Shown here: piece by piece, positions 63,301 through 64,000 of the stretch
How positions within the stretch are numbered: position 1 is the stretch's first letter
How the letters are laid out: every line of letters starts with the position of its first letter
Assembly (NCBI GenBank): GCA_019057865.1
Contig: JAHLWP010000008.1
Location: 68,424-132,423 of the forward strand
DNA from: Promethearchaeota archaeon
GTDB lineage: Archaea; Asgardarchaeota; Lokiarchaeia; Sigyniarchaeales; SOKP01
Direction: 5' to 3'
DNA: 64,000 nt
Translations under genes and position numbers: made by a program
Notes under the pieces: generated by a model
What the model was told of the DNA's origin: nothing
Seen by the model: only the letters and a program-made list of their open reading frames with translations
The model's database searches: none

Positions 63301-64000
63301 GTACAGTTTTCACCAAACCTCGTGGAGCAAGCACGACTTGCCCTTCGTATAGATGTTTATCAGTCTCAACTCGTATAGGAGCATAAATACCCGTCTTGCT
63401 ACCAAAAAATGCATGAGTCATGAGACCTTCATCAAAATCATCCGCAGATAGTATGTCTGATAAGGTCACTTCTCCCTCATAATCTACATTATGGAATGTC
63501 TGGGAACGGATATAATAATCCAAATCTCTCTTTTCAATATAGGCATTAATTGCTGTTATGATTGCATATGATATCATGTACGCAGCAAACTCGACAATCT
63601 TGCCGATAAGTTCAGCATAAGCAGCAGTATACGGAATAGCATAAGCGATAGCTCTAGCGACATACCCACAAACCTGACTGATTGTAAAAGCCATAAGCTG
63701 AGTCTCAACTTGCTCCCAAACATCATCCCACTTTCTTTTAGAAAGCGACTCAATGAACCTATCATGGGTAAGGTCTCTTGTCTCTTCAATTAATTTACTA
63801 GTCCCGTATGAATACTCCATTTTCCAAATATCAAACATAGCATCTCCAAATGAAGTCTCAAAGAAGACACCATCATAATGATCAGTATCTTGGAAGTGAA
63901 TTAGCTTATCATTGACATAACTCATGGCATGATAATAACTTGACTTCTTCCAACCAGAAGGCTTACTACAAATTATGTGTCTTTCTACAATTTGCCTTTT
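60308..64000 (-). CDS. 3' part of a very large membrane-associated protein with C-terminal LAGLIDADG-like nuclease domain (5' end beyond the window)
   Basis: Frame stays open from the track ATG (63925) to the window edge; hydrophobic stretches; SFWHGLLSADGSL and TWLLGYYCGDG motifs. Confidence 0.7.
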   Translation of the reverse strand, partial: KRQIVERHIICSKPSGWKKSSYYHAMSYVNDKLIHFQDTDHYDGVFFETSFGDAMFDIWKMEYSYGTSKLIEETRDLTHDRFIESLSKRKWDDVWEQVETQLMAFTISQVCGYVARAIAYAIPYTAAYAELIGKIVEFAAYMISYAIITAINAYIEKRDLDYYIRSQTFHNVDYEGEVTLSDILSADDFDEGLMTHAFFGSKTGIYAPIRVETDKHLYEGQVVLAPRGLVKTVPMSGYDVQFKSLTLDYSLQTRGYTAYSDYNDPRMKPLFSSFPMLHDGDVPQELYNIFFSSLYMENSLMYLEDEISRLTTENHDEHYDTIIPYMLYGVGTFMPSLEFASSEGNIPLPEFYEEYPIFVPEEYYDEVKDEHHTIYKIFDGSTYEIQVVPDYSVHEFYSDIEYIDVFLVGVQGDEWVKCEFKGTLYNDGYSFNSTSGVLTIDEQRFATFKTILDFEMEHPSSYEPYLCLKLYVEKFRNMSDTRDLTSEEIEEIATMQSAQAKMLEYLYQFTIAEVTQSRLEEIKHTIFVTFWSTLIMMGISAVGRFASGASLGKIAFSTLKAIPSEILQELYIDPYIENYVSKTVERAGGSFWEQVLWSSLAEGAREALTGGVFSALKKGFRGNMYSMLNDMRTDHVLRTTMKHSSIESQAQVSEMKNSLQTQSLKDAGGQLVMSTLMLFSGCLMGTFVPVTLAGSLSPVVKVMVSSRINKDSIKAILEDTVDIQEGLVPQPLQQWHFEFSDPMQAIWYHDLEQSLLEETRALSVPQKTVVTQEMIDKLEVLGPQSIVGKQALELGLSLWEVGDFPIDFTDTKVLIDYIKEEIKKLVPVSDLYYGRVPMWRISKYLGLNYYRAGTRHVDDISNKLKYLKKNPDYKFSQEEIDTAKRNLHDYFGQRALHIIKKVEYYESHNILKAYPMEQHNVGDPHCFKTLDNPIKSFWHGLLSADGSLITRYYKEGDKYSPKYRLWLELQIKDKALIEQFRDFVQLDSTATSYQIRIREREWRNNLYGNKYKSKTAYLSFTCKPMGEDLLENNFASSKADRKDLPDFDKHCRGLSQNLRREIMLTWLLGYYCGDGISGTSAIVSSNRHFLEQVRRVFNIKFSVREDQGEMWFIDSDGNLRHWKSVYALSLGARLFNEMWEVGRKYGLGLERKFKVLSERASSYEILLEKLDSLNIDAQTLQEMVFDFRQYELLEMLGTSITAFRQLKEDWNIYLPDNAYWTSLNKDKYLG

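Noticed and set aside
1315-63789. Numerous short overlapping ORFs in the track (e.g. 2016..2393, 13136..13576, 48238..48624, 53854..54072)
   Set aside because: They are shadow frames of well-supported genes or AT-rich intergenic noise with no motifs.
1-64000. CRISPR arrays, rRNA genes, transposases or integrases
   Set aside because: No regularly spaced repeats, rRNA-like GC-rich stretches or transposase/integrase motifs were seen.

Overview
AT-rich archaeal chromosome segment, most consistent with a Lokiarchaeia-type Asgard archaeon (inferred from a Rag-like GTPase, longin/uDENN-like domains, a vWA-RING-like protein, H4MPT/methanofuran C1 enzymes and several Hdr complexes). It carries a formylmethanofuran dehydrogenase operon (fwdG-F-D-B-C, with fdhD nearby) that lacks fwdA, a 2-oxoacid:ferredoxin oxidoreductase, an hdrCBA-flxDCBA operon, a 1648-aa HdrA/GltD/MvhD fusion, a DapA-family aldolase fused to Fae, two histidine kinases, cysE-cysK, an intron-containing tRNA-Cys, cysS, and the 3' part of a very large protein ending in a LAGLIDADG-like domain. 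The main finding is that the separate fwdA gene (57688-59446, minus strand) is interrupted by a 31-nt insert. The insert folds into a bulge-helix-bulge (BHB) motif closed by a long exon-exon stem, and removing it at the canonical BHB cut sites restores one 575-aa FwdA frame. This is a candidate tRNA-endonuclease-spliced mRNA intron in a core metabolic gene. All assignments come from reading motifs by eye; no searches were run.
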